64,000 nucleotides of DNA. Origin: the human T2T-CHM13v2.0 reference genome, Homo sapiens. The position numbers and the translations under genes were made by a program. The notes below the pieces were generated by a model. The model was not told the origin of the DNA and did not search any database. It saw nothing but the letters and a program-made list of their open reading frames with translations. Positions 1 through 17,097 of this stretch are shown here, in pieces. The stretch lies in the NCBI RefSeq assembly GCF_009914755.1, contig NC_060932.1. One strand, given 5' to 3'. How positions within the stretch are numbered: the stretch's first letter is position 1; each line of letters opens with the position of its first letter.

Positions 1-1478
1 TTTGACAAAGGACAAATGCAGTACTACGGGAAAAGATAGTCTTTTCAACAAATAGTTCTAGAAGAGAACTGGGATAGCTGAAAATAAATAGTTCAACAAA
101 ATATATAAGCTTAGACACAGACCTTACATTCTTCACCAAAATTAACTTCAAATGGATCATAAACCTAATTGTCAAATGCAAAATTACAAAACTCCTGGAA
201 GATAACATAGGAGAAAATCTAGATGGCCTTGGATATGGCAATGACTTTTAAAATAAAATCCCAAAGTCATGTTCCATAAAATAAATAACCAATAAGCTGA
301 ACTTCACTACAATTAAAAATTTATCTGTGAAAGATACTTTCAAGAAAATAAAAAGACAAGATACAGAATGGGAGAAAATATTTGCCAAAGACATATCTGT
401 TTAAGAGCTGTTATCTAAAATATACAAAGAACTCTTAAAACTTGACAATTAGAAAATGAACAACCTGAAAAATGAGCAAAAGATCTAGGCAGACACCTCA
501 CCAAAGAATATATACAGATAGCAAATAAGCATATGAAAAGATGCTCCACATCATGTGTCTTTAGGAAAAGGCAAAATAAAACAATGAGATGCTACTACAG
601 GCTGATTAGGATGGCCAAAATCCAAAACAGTAACATCAAAAGCTGGTGGAGACGTTGACAAAAAAGGAGCTCTCACTGATTGCTGGTGGTAATGTCAAAT
701 GATAGGGCCACTTTGGAAGACAATTTGGCAGTTTCTTGCAGAACGAAACATACTTTTACCACATAATACGGCAGTTTGCTTCTTACTATTTATCCAAATG
801 AATTGAAAAATTACATTCATACAAAAACAAATACACTGGTGTTAATAGCAGATTTATTCACAATTGCCAAAACTTGGAAGCAACCAAAATGTCCTTCAGT
901 GGTTGAAAAGATAAATAAACTGTGGTATATCCAGATAATGGGGAATCATTGAATACTAAAAAGAATGAGCTATCAAGCCATGAAAAGAGCGATAGCCATG
1001 AAAAGACATAGAGGAAACTTAAATGCATATTACTAGGTGAAAGAAGCCAATATGAAAAGACTATATACTGTATGATTTAAACTATATGACATTCTGGAAA
1101 AGGTAAAACTGTGGAGACAACAAGAAGATCAGTGGTTGGCAGAAGTTTAGTGGGAGAAAGGGATGAATAGGGAGAACACAGGATTTTTAGGGCAGTGAAA
1201 CTATTCTGTATAACACTTTAGTTGTGGATACATATTATACGTTTGTGAAAACCTATAGAATGTACAACACCAAGACTGCACCTTAATGAAAGGTGATATC
1301 ACTTCGAGTGATAATGAACTATCACAGAAAGCTCATTGCTTTTAATAAACTTATTATTGTGGTATTACGGATAGTGAGGTTAGTTTGTGTGTGTGGAAGT
1401 AGGAATATAAGGGAGCTCTGTGTACTTGCTGTTCAATTTTGCTGTGAACCCTAAATTGATCTAAAAATAATGTCTATT
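1..1478 (+). mobile_element. Old LINE-1 3' portion (ORF2 end + 3' UTR), L1MC-like
   Basis: Degenerate ORF2 C-terminal sequence, then L1MC-type 3' UTR motifs (aaagaatgagctatcaagccatgaaaagac; tatatgacattctggaaaaggtaaaactgtggagac), ending in ctaaaaataatgtctatt. Confidence 0.8.
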
Positions 1479-2200
1479 CAATCCTGCTGTAAAATGAAAG
1501 AAAAACTTTTCTAAAGTGTTTAATAATGGTGGTTCCCATGACAGACCTATTGCAAAAAAGGTCTGGCTAATTTTTCTGCCAGTATACTTTCATAACTCAG
1601 CTCCAGACCACACAAAGGCAATAACTTCATTTCCACTGTACTTCTAATTACAGTTTGATTTGAGTTATCTATGTTTTGTATGATATGATATTATTGATCT
1701 AGTTTAAAAGAAAACTAATATAGACATGTAAAGTCATGTTAAGTTTTGTGGTCTACATTGTTTATGTGTTAAAATTATAGTTTTAAACATTAACTTACTA
1801 ATGTTATTTTTATTTTTAAATATTGTCAGTTTGCTTTTTGTATAACATAACTACTGATCTTAAGTATGTGACGATATAGCAACTTGACATTGATCTCTTC
1901 ACCTTTCTGACACCTCTTTTATGTAAATGCTAAATTTATTATTCAGTTGCAACGAATTTTTAAAATATACATTTATCGTTTTATTATGCCATATAAACAC
2001 AAACAGAAAATCTTGCTTTAAAGTGTGAAAATTTCTGAAACTTTTGAAATAAAGTTAATGAAAATATATATTGAAAATCAGATTAACAGTCCATGAATCT
2101 TTACTCTTGCATTTATTATACAAAAAAAATTACACTGGGTAATTTGGGAATGTACCAGTAAACTTAAGTTTGATTTTTCAAGAATTTCATTAATAGTTCT

Positions 2201-2640
2201 TCTATTAGTCAGGGTTGTCTTAGAGGGACAGAACTAATAGGAGATATATATCTATATAAACAGAGTTTATTATGTATTAATTTATGTGATCACAAGGTCC
2301 CACAATAGGCTGTCTGCAAACTGAGAAGCAAGGAACGCCAGTCTGAGTCCCAAAACCAAAGAACTTGGAGTCCCATGTTTGAGGGCAGGAAGCATCCAGC
2401 ACTGGAGACAGGTGTAGGCTGGGAGGCTAGGCTCATCTCTCCTTTTCACGTTTTTCTGCCTGCTTTATATTTGCTGAAAGCTGATTAGATTGTGCCTACC
2501 AGATTAAGGGTGGATCTGCCTTCCCCAGCCCACTGACTCAAATGTTAATCTCTTTTGGCAACACCCACACAGACACACCCAGGATAAATACTTGGTATCC
2601 CTCAATCCAATCAAGTTGACACTCTGTATTAACAATCATG
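2201..2640 (-). mobile_element. Solo LTR of HERV-L, MLT2A1/MLT2A2-type
   Basis: Reverse complement of the MLT2A consensus (tattagtcagggtt...agagggacagaactaatagg...caatcaagttgacactc.gtattaac.atca). Flanks gttct (2196-2200) and gttat (2641-2645) look like a 5-bp TSD with one mismatch. Confidence 0.85.
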
Positions 2641-4866
2641 GTTATTCAGTCCTTTCATGTCATAGAATGGTATATCTCAAATAAACACAAGTAAACATAT
2701 TTTGAAGAAGCATAATCCTCAAAATAGCGCATCAGATCATCTTTCATTTTGAGCAGTTTCATCCTGCGTGAGTGGTTTGCTCATAACACTATTTTACTGT
2801 TGGCAGCCATGGAAGTTGCACCAAGAATCTTGAAGACAAGCAATCCAACTATTACAACTCTGAAAGCATCTAAAGTGTACAATAAAACTGGCTCTCAAGC
2901 ATAAATTAGAAAAACCAAACAAACAAAACTACAGTCTTTGAATTTGGCAATCTTTCAATGTAGAAATGCTTTGACACTTCCAAATTTAGTATGAGTGTCA
3001 CTGAATGGCAGTGAGTATAAAATGAAACTAGGAGACAATATACCCTAATGCTTAAAATAACACCAAACTTTAAACCATATCTGACTGGTAAAACTAAGCA
3101 TGTTACAACAAAGAAAGGAAAATTCTTAATAGTGTGTTTTAAAATATAAATCCTGAATTTCTTAGCAGAAGTTCTTTAATTAAGAATTTGCTTAATATTA
3201 TTCTTTTGTTTTATCAAGTCTCTTTCTCAGATCTTCTATAAATTTCTTTCATTTACTGTTTTCACATTCAGATTTATCTTGTAATTTTATCAGTGAATGA
3301 AATATAGTCATGCACTGGGATCCTACTGCTAAAATATATTCTCAATCTTCTGTAAGTCCAGAGAGATGTTTCTAAGCTCTTCAAAGAGAACTTTTATAAG
3401 ATTTCAAGGTATTATGTGTATATAAAATTATTCTCTTTTTGTTGTGCTTGAGGCACATAGCAATAGTCTGATCCAACTAGCTGTCAAGGTTTGGTTCTAT
3501 AATACTTAGTGTTGAAAGAATTCTCATCAGAACTTAATTCACAAAAGGAGATTTCCAATCTGGGGAGCAAGATGTAAGTATAGTAGCAACCATGAACAGG
3601 AAAGAAAATGGTCTGAGACAGTTGGGGACGGTCCTGAGTAGGGATTGAATAGCTAATTGAAGAACCAATTAATTAAAGTACAAAACTAAGATAATCACTA
3701 CAGCAGTTCAACCTCAAAATTGACTTGTGAAAATCTTTACACAAATAAATCAAAAGTATCTTTCCTTTATTAGCCAGGTATCTTCCACAGTTTATTAAAT
3801 ATGTAGACACAATCATCTTCACAAGTGAATTTAGTATTTAAGAATACAAATAAGAGCACTATCTTGTTTATGAATAACCTTCCAATGATATGACTTGATG
3901 CTCACTTGTGACTCATTTGTCTGATTTGGACTTTGGGCTTGGGAGTGTGCAATAATGAAATCTTTGGATTACACAGTGTTCAATTAAGATTGTATGTACA
4001 ACACTAAATATCTGTAATTTCTATAACCTGCACATATATGATATAAATACTTGTGTTTATATTATGTTAGTATAATTTTATAAATATTATTTTATCTAAT
4101 TATATATAAAATATGTATGATATATTTTTATATCAACATATCCATATGATTTTTATATAATTAATCTACAGGCAGTGCTCTAAACATTAAGGTGATGTAC
4201 ATACATGAAAAACAAAGTAAAAGAGAGAATTAAAGCCAGGTCCTGGATAGTGCGGAGTAAAGGGAGTTTATGGAGTAGAAGTGATCTCCAAATAGAAAAC
4301 TTGATTTCTCAAATTCAGCTTTCTAACAAACATTTTCATCCATAACCCCTATTAAGCAGTTAGATTCCACTGGTAAAATCCTGCCATGTAGTTAATCTTT
4401 GAACTTTGTACCAGTGTTTTCAATAAATCTGTTCCTTTGAGTATGTAGAGTAGAAAAATATGCAAAAATCACCTGCATATTAATCACACTTTCAAAATCA
4501 CTGTGTGATATAACCTTGCCTATTTTTGTGTATCAAAAATAAACCATGGCTGTGTTACAACTTTGTGAGATTCCTCATCATTGTAATGACATACCTATCT
4601 TATTATTGTCTTCCTATTCATTACTTCAACTATGTTTTAATTTTGCATGCTTGAAGCAGGAGTAGAAGTTAATAAGCCTTACCAGCTTGAAACCAAGCAG
4701 ATAAAGAAATATAGTTTTATATTGTAATATAAATTTGAAAACTTAAAATGGTCTCAAAGTTCATGAAAAATAAAACTTTTCATATACAATTCATTTGAAA
4801 AAAATCACTATAATAAATTACTGTAAAAATGTTACCACATATTTATAATATTATTAAAGATTTTAG

Positions 4867-7270
<2,404 letters not shown>

Positions 7271-7828
7271 GTTGACACATTAAAAAAACTTTTATTTTAG
7301 GTTCAGGGGTACATGTACAAGTTTGTTATGCAGGTAACTTACATGTCATGGGGGTTTGGTACAGATTATTTCATCACCCAGCAAATAAATATAGTACTCT
7401 ATAGGTAGTTTTCTGATCCTTATCATTCTCTCACCCTCCACCCTCAAGTAGGCCCAGTGTCTGTTTTCTCCTTCTTTGTGTCCATGTGTACTTAATGTTT
7501 AGTTTCCACTTATAAGTGAGAAAATGTGGTATTTGGTTTTCTGTTGCTGCATTAGCTTGCTTAGGATACTGACCTCCAGCTTCATTCATGCTGATGCAAA
7601 CGGTGTAATCTTGTTCTTTTTTATGGCTGCATAATGTTCCATGATATGTATGTACTGCATTTTCTTGAACTAATCTATCATTGGCTGACAATTAGGTTGA
7701 TTCCATATATTTGCAATTGTGAACAGTGCTGTGATGAACATAAACACGCATGTGTCTTTATGTTAGAATGGTTTATATTCCTTTTGGCATATACCCAATA
7801 TTGGGATTGCTGGGTCAAATGGTAGTCC

Positions 7829-8150
<322 letters not shown>

Positions 8151-8434
8151 TAGTTCTGTTTTAAGTTCTTTGAGAAATTGTCAAACTGCTTTCTTCAATG
8201 GCTGAACTAATTTTCTTTCCCACCAGCACTGTATAAGCATTCTGTTTTCTCTGCAACCTTGCCAGCATGTGCTATATTTTGACTTTTTAATAATAGCCAT
8301 TCTAAATCATGTGAAATGGTATCTAATTGTGGTTTTGATTTGCATTTCTCTAATGATTAGTGATGTTAAGCATTTTCTTCCTATGCCTATTGGCTATGTA
8401 TCTGTCTTCTTTTGAAAAGTGTCTGTTCATGCTC

Positions 8435-8572
8435 ATTTTTATTTTTATTTTTTATTTTACTTTAAGTTCTGGGATACTTGTGCAGAACGCACAGGTTAGT
8501 TCCATAGGTATACTTATGCCATGGTGGTTTGTTGCACCTATCAACCCATCATCTAGGTTTTAAGCCCTGCAT
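8435..8572 (-). mobile_element. Short L1PA (about PA8) 3'-end fragment
   Basis: Poly-T then actttaagttctgggatacttgtgcagaacg...aacccatcatctaggttttaagccctgcat, interrupting the host L1. Confidence 0.75.
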
Positions 8573-9915
8573 CTTTGTCTACTTTTTAATGAGATTGTTT
8601 GTTTTTTGCTTGTTGATTTGTTTCTTATAGATTCTGTATACTAAACCTTTGTTGGATGCATAGTTTGCAAATATTTTCTCCTATTCTGTAGGTTGTCTTA
8701 CTCTGTTGACAGTGTCTTTTGCTGTGCCGAAGCTCTTTAATTTAATTGGCCTCATTTGTCAATTTTTGTTTTTGTTGCAATTGCTTTTAGCATCTTTGTC
8801 ATGAAATATTTGCCAAAGCCTATGTTGAGAATGGTGTTTCTTAGTTTATCTTCCAGGACTTTTATAGTTTTACATTTAAGTTGTTAATCCATCTTAAATT
8901 AATTTTTGTTATGATGTAAGGAAGGGGTCCAGTTTCAATCTTCTACGTATGGCCAGTCAGTATTTCCAATACCTTTTTTTTTTTTTTAAATAAGGAGTCC
9001 TTTTTCCATTGCTTGTTTTTGCTGACTGTGACAATGATCAGATGGTTATAGGTAGGAAGCATTATTTCTGGGCTCTCTGTTGTGTTCCATTGCTCTATGT
9101 GTCTGTTTTTCTAACTGTATCATGTTGTTTTGGTTACTATAGTCTTATAGTATAGTTTGAAGTCAAGTAATGTACTGCCTCCCGTTTTATTCTTTTTGCT
9201 TAGGATTGTGGGGTTAATCCTAACACTCTTTTTGGTTCCATATTAATTTTAGAATAGTCTTTTCTAATTTTATAAAGAACGTCATTGATAGCTTGATAGG
9301 AATGACATTGAATCTACAAATTTCTCTGGACAGTATGGGCACTTTAACAATATTGATTCTATCCATGGAATGTTTTTCTATTCATCTGTATCATTTCTGA
9401 TTTCTTTGAGCAGTGTTTTGTAATGTTTATTGTAGAGATCTTTCACTTTCCTGGTTAGCTGTATTCCTAAGTATTTTATTCTTTTTGCAGCTATTGTGAA
9501 TGGGATTGAGTTCTTCATTTGGTTCTCAGCTTGGATGTTACTGGTATATAGAAATGCTACTGATTTTGTACATTGATTTTGGATTTCTATCCTAAAACTT
9601 TGCTGAAGTTGTTTATCAGATCCAGGAGCTCTGGGGTATAGAGCCTATGAGGTTTTCTAGGTATAGAATCATATTATCTGCAGAGATAGTTTGACTTCTT
9701 TCTTATTTGATTGTCTTTTATTTCTTTCTCTTGCCTGATTGCCCTGGCCAGAACAATGTTAAATAGGAGTGGTGAGAGTGGGCATCTATGTCTTGTGCCA
9801 GTTTTCAAGGAAAATGCTTTCACCTTTTGCCCATTCAGTATCACACTGGCTCTGGGTTTGTCGTGGATGGCTTTTATTATTTTGAGGAACATTACTTCAA
9901 TGCCTAGTATACTGA

Positions 9916-10221
<306 letters not shown>

Positions 10222-10493
10222 TCCTGAGGGGTTTTAACATTAAGGAATGTTGAATTTTTTCAAAAGCCTTTTCTGACCATGTGGATTTTGTTTTTAGTTC
10301 TGTTTATGTTGTTAATCCATTTATTGATTTGTGTGTGTTCAATCAACCTTGCATCCCAGGGATAAAGTCTACTTGATTGTGATGGATTTGCTTTTTGATG
10401 TGCTGTTTGACTTGACTTGCTAGTATTTTGTTGAGGATTTTTGCATTTATATTCATCACAGATATTGCCTGAAGTTTCCTGTCTTTTGGTTGT

Positions 10494-13140
10494 GTTGACA
10501 CATTTGGTACTTTTATACTTTCTGTCTCTTAACAAATTCCTGTAGTTTTTAATAGTTTTGTCTTTGATTTTCATACTAAAGATATAATTAATTTTTACAT
10601 GACCATCACAGTATAAAAATGTTTTGAGGTTGACTACATACTTACTTCTATCAGTGAGTTTCATATTTTTATATATTTTTATTTTGCTGCTTAGTGATCT
10701 TATTTTTCTGCTTGAAAGACTCCTTTTAGCATTTCTTGTAAGGCAAGTGTGCTGCTGATAAATACCTTCAACTTTTGTTTGTGTCAGAAAGTTTTCTATC
10801 TCCATTCAATTTCTGAGGACAGGATTACTGGCTATAGTATTCTTAGTTAGCATTATTTTTTTCTTTCCGCTTTTTGAATATATCATTGCTGTAGCCTGTT
10901 GTTTCTGTTGCAAAATCCACTGAAAGTCTTATAGATGTCCCCTTGTATGTGACAACTTGCTTTTCCCATGCAGCTTTCCATATTCTGTCTTTTTAACTTT
11001 TGATAATTTGATTGTATTTTTCCTTGACATAGTTCTCATTAGATTAATACTATTAGATGTCTATTGAGCTTCTTGGATCTGATTTCTATTTTCTTTCCCA
11101 GACTTGGGAAATTTTCTGCCACTATTTTTTTGGCATAGGTATTGTGTTACTTTCTGTTTTCTCCTTCTGGTACGTCAACAATGTATATGTATTTTTTAAA
11201 TTTATGGTTTCTCGTAAGTCCTTTAGGCTGTCTTCACTCTTTTTTATTCATTTCTTTTTTGCTCCTCATCTTGAATGATATCCAATAGTCTGTCTTCAAG
11301 TTCACTACTTTTTTTCTTCTGCTTGATCTAGTTTTCTGTTGAATGACTCTATTAAATTTCTTAGTCAAGTTATTAAATTCTTCAGCTTGATTTATATTTG
11401 GTACTTTTAAATATTTTCTCTTTATTGAAGTTCAATTTGTTTATGTATTGTTCTCATTACCTTGATGAGCATCTTTCTGATGGTCTTTTTGAATTCTCTG
11501 CCAGGTAAATAACATGTATCAATCTTATTAGTGCTGGATTCTGGAGATTTATTTTGTTCTGTTATTTGGAACATATTTCCCATTTGTTTATTTATTTTTT
11601 ACTATCTTGGTAGTTTCTGCACAGTAGAGAGAAGAAACACCTTTCACAATCTTGTCGGACCAGTCTTGTATAGGAGATGTTTCTCCCGATTTATCCCATT
11701 CAGAGATGAGTTTAGGTGCCTCTAAGCTCTTTGTGCTTGTCTAATATGTTGTTTTTGTTCTTAGCGGCCCTCAAGAAATTTGAGAGTGTCAAGTCATGCA
11801 ATTGCTTTGAGAAAGGTAGGAAGCTAGTCCCTTGGGATACAACTGGAAAACTTAGGGTGTTAGATGCATTTTTCAGTTCCTTCTTTCTTTACAGAGAAGC
11901 TGAGAGCCAAAGTTTATATCCCACTCATTCTGCCCTACATGAAGGAGAGGGTCCAAGGCAATGCCCATAGTTTTGATAAGACTGTTTACTTTGAAGCTGG
12001 AGAAATAGATGCTGAATGTTTGCAAGTTTAAAAGTTATGTATTTGTTCTTTGTGGTCTAGTTGACACAGGAGTACAAAGCTTAATCAGCTCCCAGAGCCA
12101 GTTAATTTAGGAGCCAGTCCCTTGGATGAAAGCTATAAAAGTTGAGGTGTTTGGTTCATGCAGATATGCTTCCAGGGAGAGCCTGCAGGTTTGGATTTAT
12201 TTCTGGAGCCAGTCGTGGAAGATAGTGTCTTCTCTCTTGTTCAAGCAAGGAGAAATCTCAAACCCTTCTATCCCAGGGAGACTTCTTGTCTGGAGTTGTC
12301 ACTGAGCAAGCAAAAGAGGACAGCATGTAGAGTATCCACTTCCCCTTTCAGGCACAGACAGGTCCCCAGCCTTCCTTTATTGAGAAGTTGCTGAAATTTA
12401 CCTCAAGGACAAGCCAGGAATGAAGGTTCAGGGATGTGGTCCCTGCTGTTCTTTCAGGCAGAGACCTCCAGCCTTTTATCATGTAGAGGTTGTAGAGGTA
12501 GAATTATTGCTACAGCAAGCTGAAGAAGAAGGTGTGGGAATATTGTGATTTCCATTTAAGCTCAAATAAATTTATTTTTTATTTGCTACACAGGCTCTCA
12601 GATACTAGCTTGTTAGAAGCCAGGCCACATAAAGCTGCTGGCAAAGCATGCATCCAAACACTTTCCAGGAGGAATTTGGAAGCTGAGCTGTTCCGGGGGG
12701 CTACCGCTGCTAGAAATGTTCATATGGTTCAAAGTGCTCCCTTACTCTTTGTGATTGAAGGAAATCCTCTGATGTCCTGTACCTGCTTTTTGTCAAGTAT
12801 AGTGATTTAAAAATCAAGTTCTCTGGAGGGACTGTAAAATTTGGATGCTATATGTGTGATACAAGCCCTTCACCCCTCAGGAAAAGCTAGGAATTGGAGT
12901 TTTCTTCTTGATTATAAGGTATTATGAGTAGGGTGGGATTCATGTAAAAATTTACCTTTGCTTTTCCTCCCCATTTTAATGTGGATATTTTCTCAGTAGT
13001 CTGATGTGTAGGAACTTTTCAACTGGATTTTGGCTATACCTTGAAGACAGTTGATCCACGTGTAGATGTTTATTTGATGTGCCTGTGGAAGGAGGGATAG
13101 TCAGGAGCCTCCTATTTGCCCATGTTGCTGATGTCACTGT
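10494..13140 (-). mobile_element. 5' part (ORF1/5' UTR) of the old L1MA-type element
   Basis: Resumes after the TSD; L1M ORF1-like antisense sequence (ctccttttagcatttcttgtaaggc; gacttgggaaattttctgcc); ends near gcccatgttgctgatgtcac. Confidence 0.65.
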
Positions 13141-15330
13141 TACGATACTTCTAATGACAAATGAAAACTCTAAAATTCTACTACCATTGATCTAATGTCC
13201 CTATACAACACCTAGATCAATTTTGTCTTTCTAGAAGAGAATTAGATTCAACGACCAATTTATAAGAATATTAACCTCATGTGTTTTCTTACTAAAGAAA
13301 TGTAGTATGTTGACTGAGTATATGATAACATCTTATAAATGTGTTTCAAATGATGCGGTACCTGGAAATCATCCAAAACACGGTCAATGTTAGAAAAAAA
13401 TGTGAGGTTTCTGCTCCATAGAAATGATATAGTGTAATGTAGTTCTTTGTGGCAGACTGTTATTCTGACTATGAAAGTTAAAAAATCCAGATACATTTTT
13501 AAAAGTCATGTTTTTAAAAGCATAGGAAAAGCCAATAAAGCAAAGGAAGTACTAAGTGTTATGATTTTGGAGAGAAAATATTTTGAGAGAAAAGCTGATA
13601 ATCTATGGCTTCTTTTTCTCTGGGACAATTATCAACTCTAGACACTGGAAAAAGATTAGAAATTCAGATTTGGACCAGACAAAGTTCATTACTGAGGAAG
13701 AGATATTTGTAAAGTTTTTGATGGTCTTGCTAGGGTAGAATAGAAGATTTATAGTCTTAAACACCTCCAACACAAAGCCAAATTTGTTTCAAGATATTTG
13801 ATGAATTTTGAAGTTACGCATGGAAAGTGACTAAAGGCCAACTGGAAAGACTCTGAAAGTAAGAATGGAGTTTCCAGAAATCTTGTGGTACCAAAGAGAA
13901 ATCTTTGTGAGAGAAGAGTTGTGATGATTAAACCAATTCTTCAGTTGAAGTTGCTCAGTAACCAACTTACCCTTTATATGACTAGGAAATAAATGGAAAA
14001 ACTCTCTGGAACACTATAATATTATTTAGAGACTCTAAAATTATTTTATCATGCTGTGTAATAAATAATGTGACCAATGACCACGGATATATTAAGGAAA
14101 TCAAGAAAAATAAGAAGATATAAGTTATGATCTGGATTTTGGAGTTATCAGAGGAAGAGTTTAAAATAATCATGGTTAATATTTAAAGGAAAATATTGGA
14201 AAAAAATGGAAAAATATTGACAGATTGTAAAATTTACTATAAAATAGAAATTTTTTTTAAAAATTAGACGAACTTTCTATTACTGATTTTTAGAAATCTG
14301 AAATAAAGAACCTTATGAATCAGTTTAAGAAATGTGAGAAATGCTTAAGTCTAACATATGTGAAAGTGGAAGAGGAGGAGCAGAGTAATATTTGAAGAAA
14401 TAGTGGCTGAGAATTTTCCAAAACCATTAAAACTGTTACCCCAGAGACAACAATCTATGAAAGCTAGAAACAATAAATACAAAACAATACAAAAGGATGG
14501 GGCAATACCAGTGACATCTAGGTATATCATAACAAAAGTTTAGAAATGAAAGACAAAAACAAATCTTAAAAGTTCCAAGAGGAAATTAATATATTGCATT
14601 CCAAAAGTAAAAATAACACTGCAAACTAATTTTTCAAAAAATTGTGGAAGGTAGATGGTGATAAAATGTTATCTTTAAACACATAAACACACACAAATGC
14701 ACACACCTGCTAACTCTAAATTTTATACCTAGCAAAAATCCTGCAAATATATCAGCGATGTAAAGATGTTTGGCTGCAAATAAAACTAAAAAATTTTAAC
14801 GCAAACACATTTGCATTAACACACACACTCAGATATATAATAAGTAGTAATAGAAATACTTTGCATTACACTATAAAATTAATAATGCATTTTTAATATG
14901 GGTAACATATGTATAACTAAGTAGTTAATGGAAAAAGAGTACTCAAATTATTTGATTGATCTAAACGAATAAAAGAGGTGTTTATCAAAGAGATGGTATA
15001 GTATGAAAACAAATAGTAAAATGATTGCTACAAAACCAAATGTACAAATATGTACACTATATATCGATGGAAAATATCCTCTAATTAAAAGACTAAGGCT
15101 TTGAAGCTGGGGAAAAATAACAAAAAACAAAAAAAGCAAACAGACAAAACTATATACTGCTTACAAGAGACACATTTTATGTAAAAGATGTAGAACTGGA
15201 AAAAGAATGCATGGCAGATATACTATGCAAATATTAAGGCAAAGACTTCTAGTTTGTTATGGGGCAATTAACCACTTCAAATATGTAAAACAAAATTTGG
15301 CAGAATTAATGGATTAAAGAGATGAATCCA

Positions 15331-15821
<491 letters not shown>

Positions 15822-17097
15822 CTAACTTCAAAAAATTTTAAAAGACTTTAAATGACTCAAAGTATCCCTGAATTCCCTTAGAAATCAATAATCAAAAATA
15901 TACAGCTGCCTGAAAATTAAGCAACATACTTGTATATAATCATGAGTAAAATAAGAATTTATGTATTAAATTATTTATGATGTTTAATTGAATGGAATTG
16001 TATATGTGATCTACCTAAATTTATGGGATGTAGATAAACAGTTCTTGGTAGAAAATTTATATTTTAATGTATATTTGCAAAAAAAGTGGTGGAAAATAAA
16101 CGACCTATACTTTTACTCCAATAAGTTCAAAAGGAATATGAACCTGAAAAAGTGTAACATGTGGATAATAAGAGCAGAAGTACGTCAGAAAAATACATGA
16201 AAGCTGAAGGTTATTTCTTTTAAAAGATTAGTAAAATTGTGCAAACAGTTTAAAAATTCATCCTCACAACTAAACAGAGGGACATCACTACAGACCCTAT
16301 AGACATTGGAATGAAGACCAAGATACTCATGTTCATGCGTTAGAAATGTTTAATATTGTAAATATATTAATTCAGTGCAATCCAAAGTCAAAATTCCAGT
16401 ATTTATCTGGTAGAAATTGGTAATCTATTTCTAAAAATTAAAGTCCCCAAAATAGCCAGTGAATTCTTAAATAAGAAAATAAAGATGGAGGAGGTACACT
16501 GCCATATAACCAACCTATTTGAAGGTCAAAAATTAAGAGTACATAAATGGTACAAAGATAGAAAATAAAGCAATTGGACAGAATAGTGAGTCTAGAAACA
16601 GATACACCCATATATCACAAGATGACACTTCAGCACAGTGGAGAAAAGTTGATATTTCCAGTAAGTTGTGGTGTCAATTAAATATTCATATCTACAAAAC
16701 AAATAAAGAAATTTACTTCAGCCATGTTAAGAATCAAATTCAGAATGTTAAAAAGCATAGCAACAAAGCTTTTTGGGATTAAAAAATGAGAATATCAATG
16801 TTGACTTGGATTAAGCAAACCTTAAAAAAGATACAAAAAAAGGAAGAAAAAATAGGCCAAAATAAAATTTAAAATTTTGTATTAAAATGCTATTGAAATA
16901 GTGAAAAAACAGGCCATATAGTAGAAGATATTTTCAACATGAATATCTGATGAATGAGGCTTATCAAAATATATAAGAAATTTCAACAAATTAATGTCAA
17001 ATACAAAATACATGCCAATATGAAATGTGCAAGACTTATATATTTACCACACAAAGGAGAATATCCACATGTTCAATAAACATGTGAAAATGGTGCT

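Noticed and set aside
13960-13995. Minus-strand 11-nt micro-exon candidate (tttatttcctag|tcatataaagg|gtaagt)
   Set aside because: Isolated, not a multiple of three, and no partner exon can be supported.
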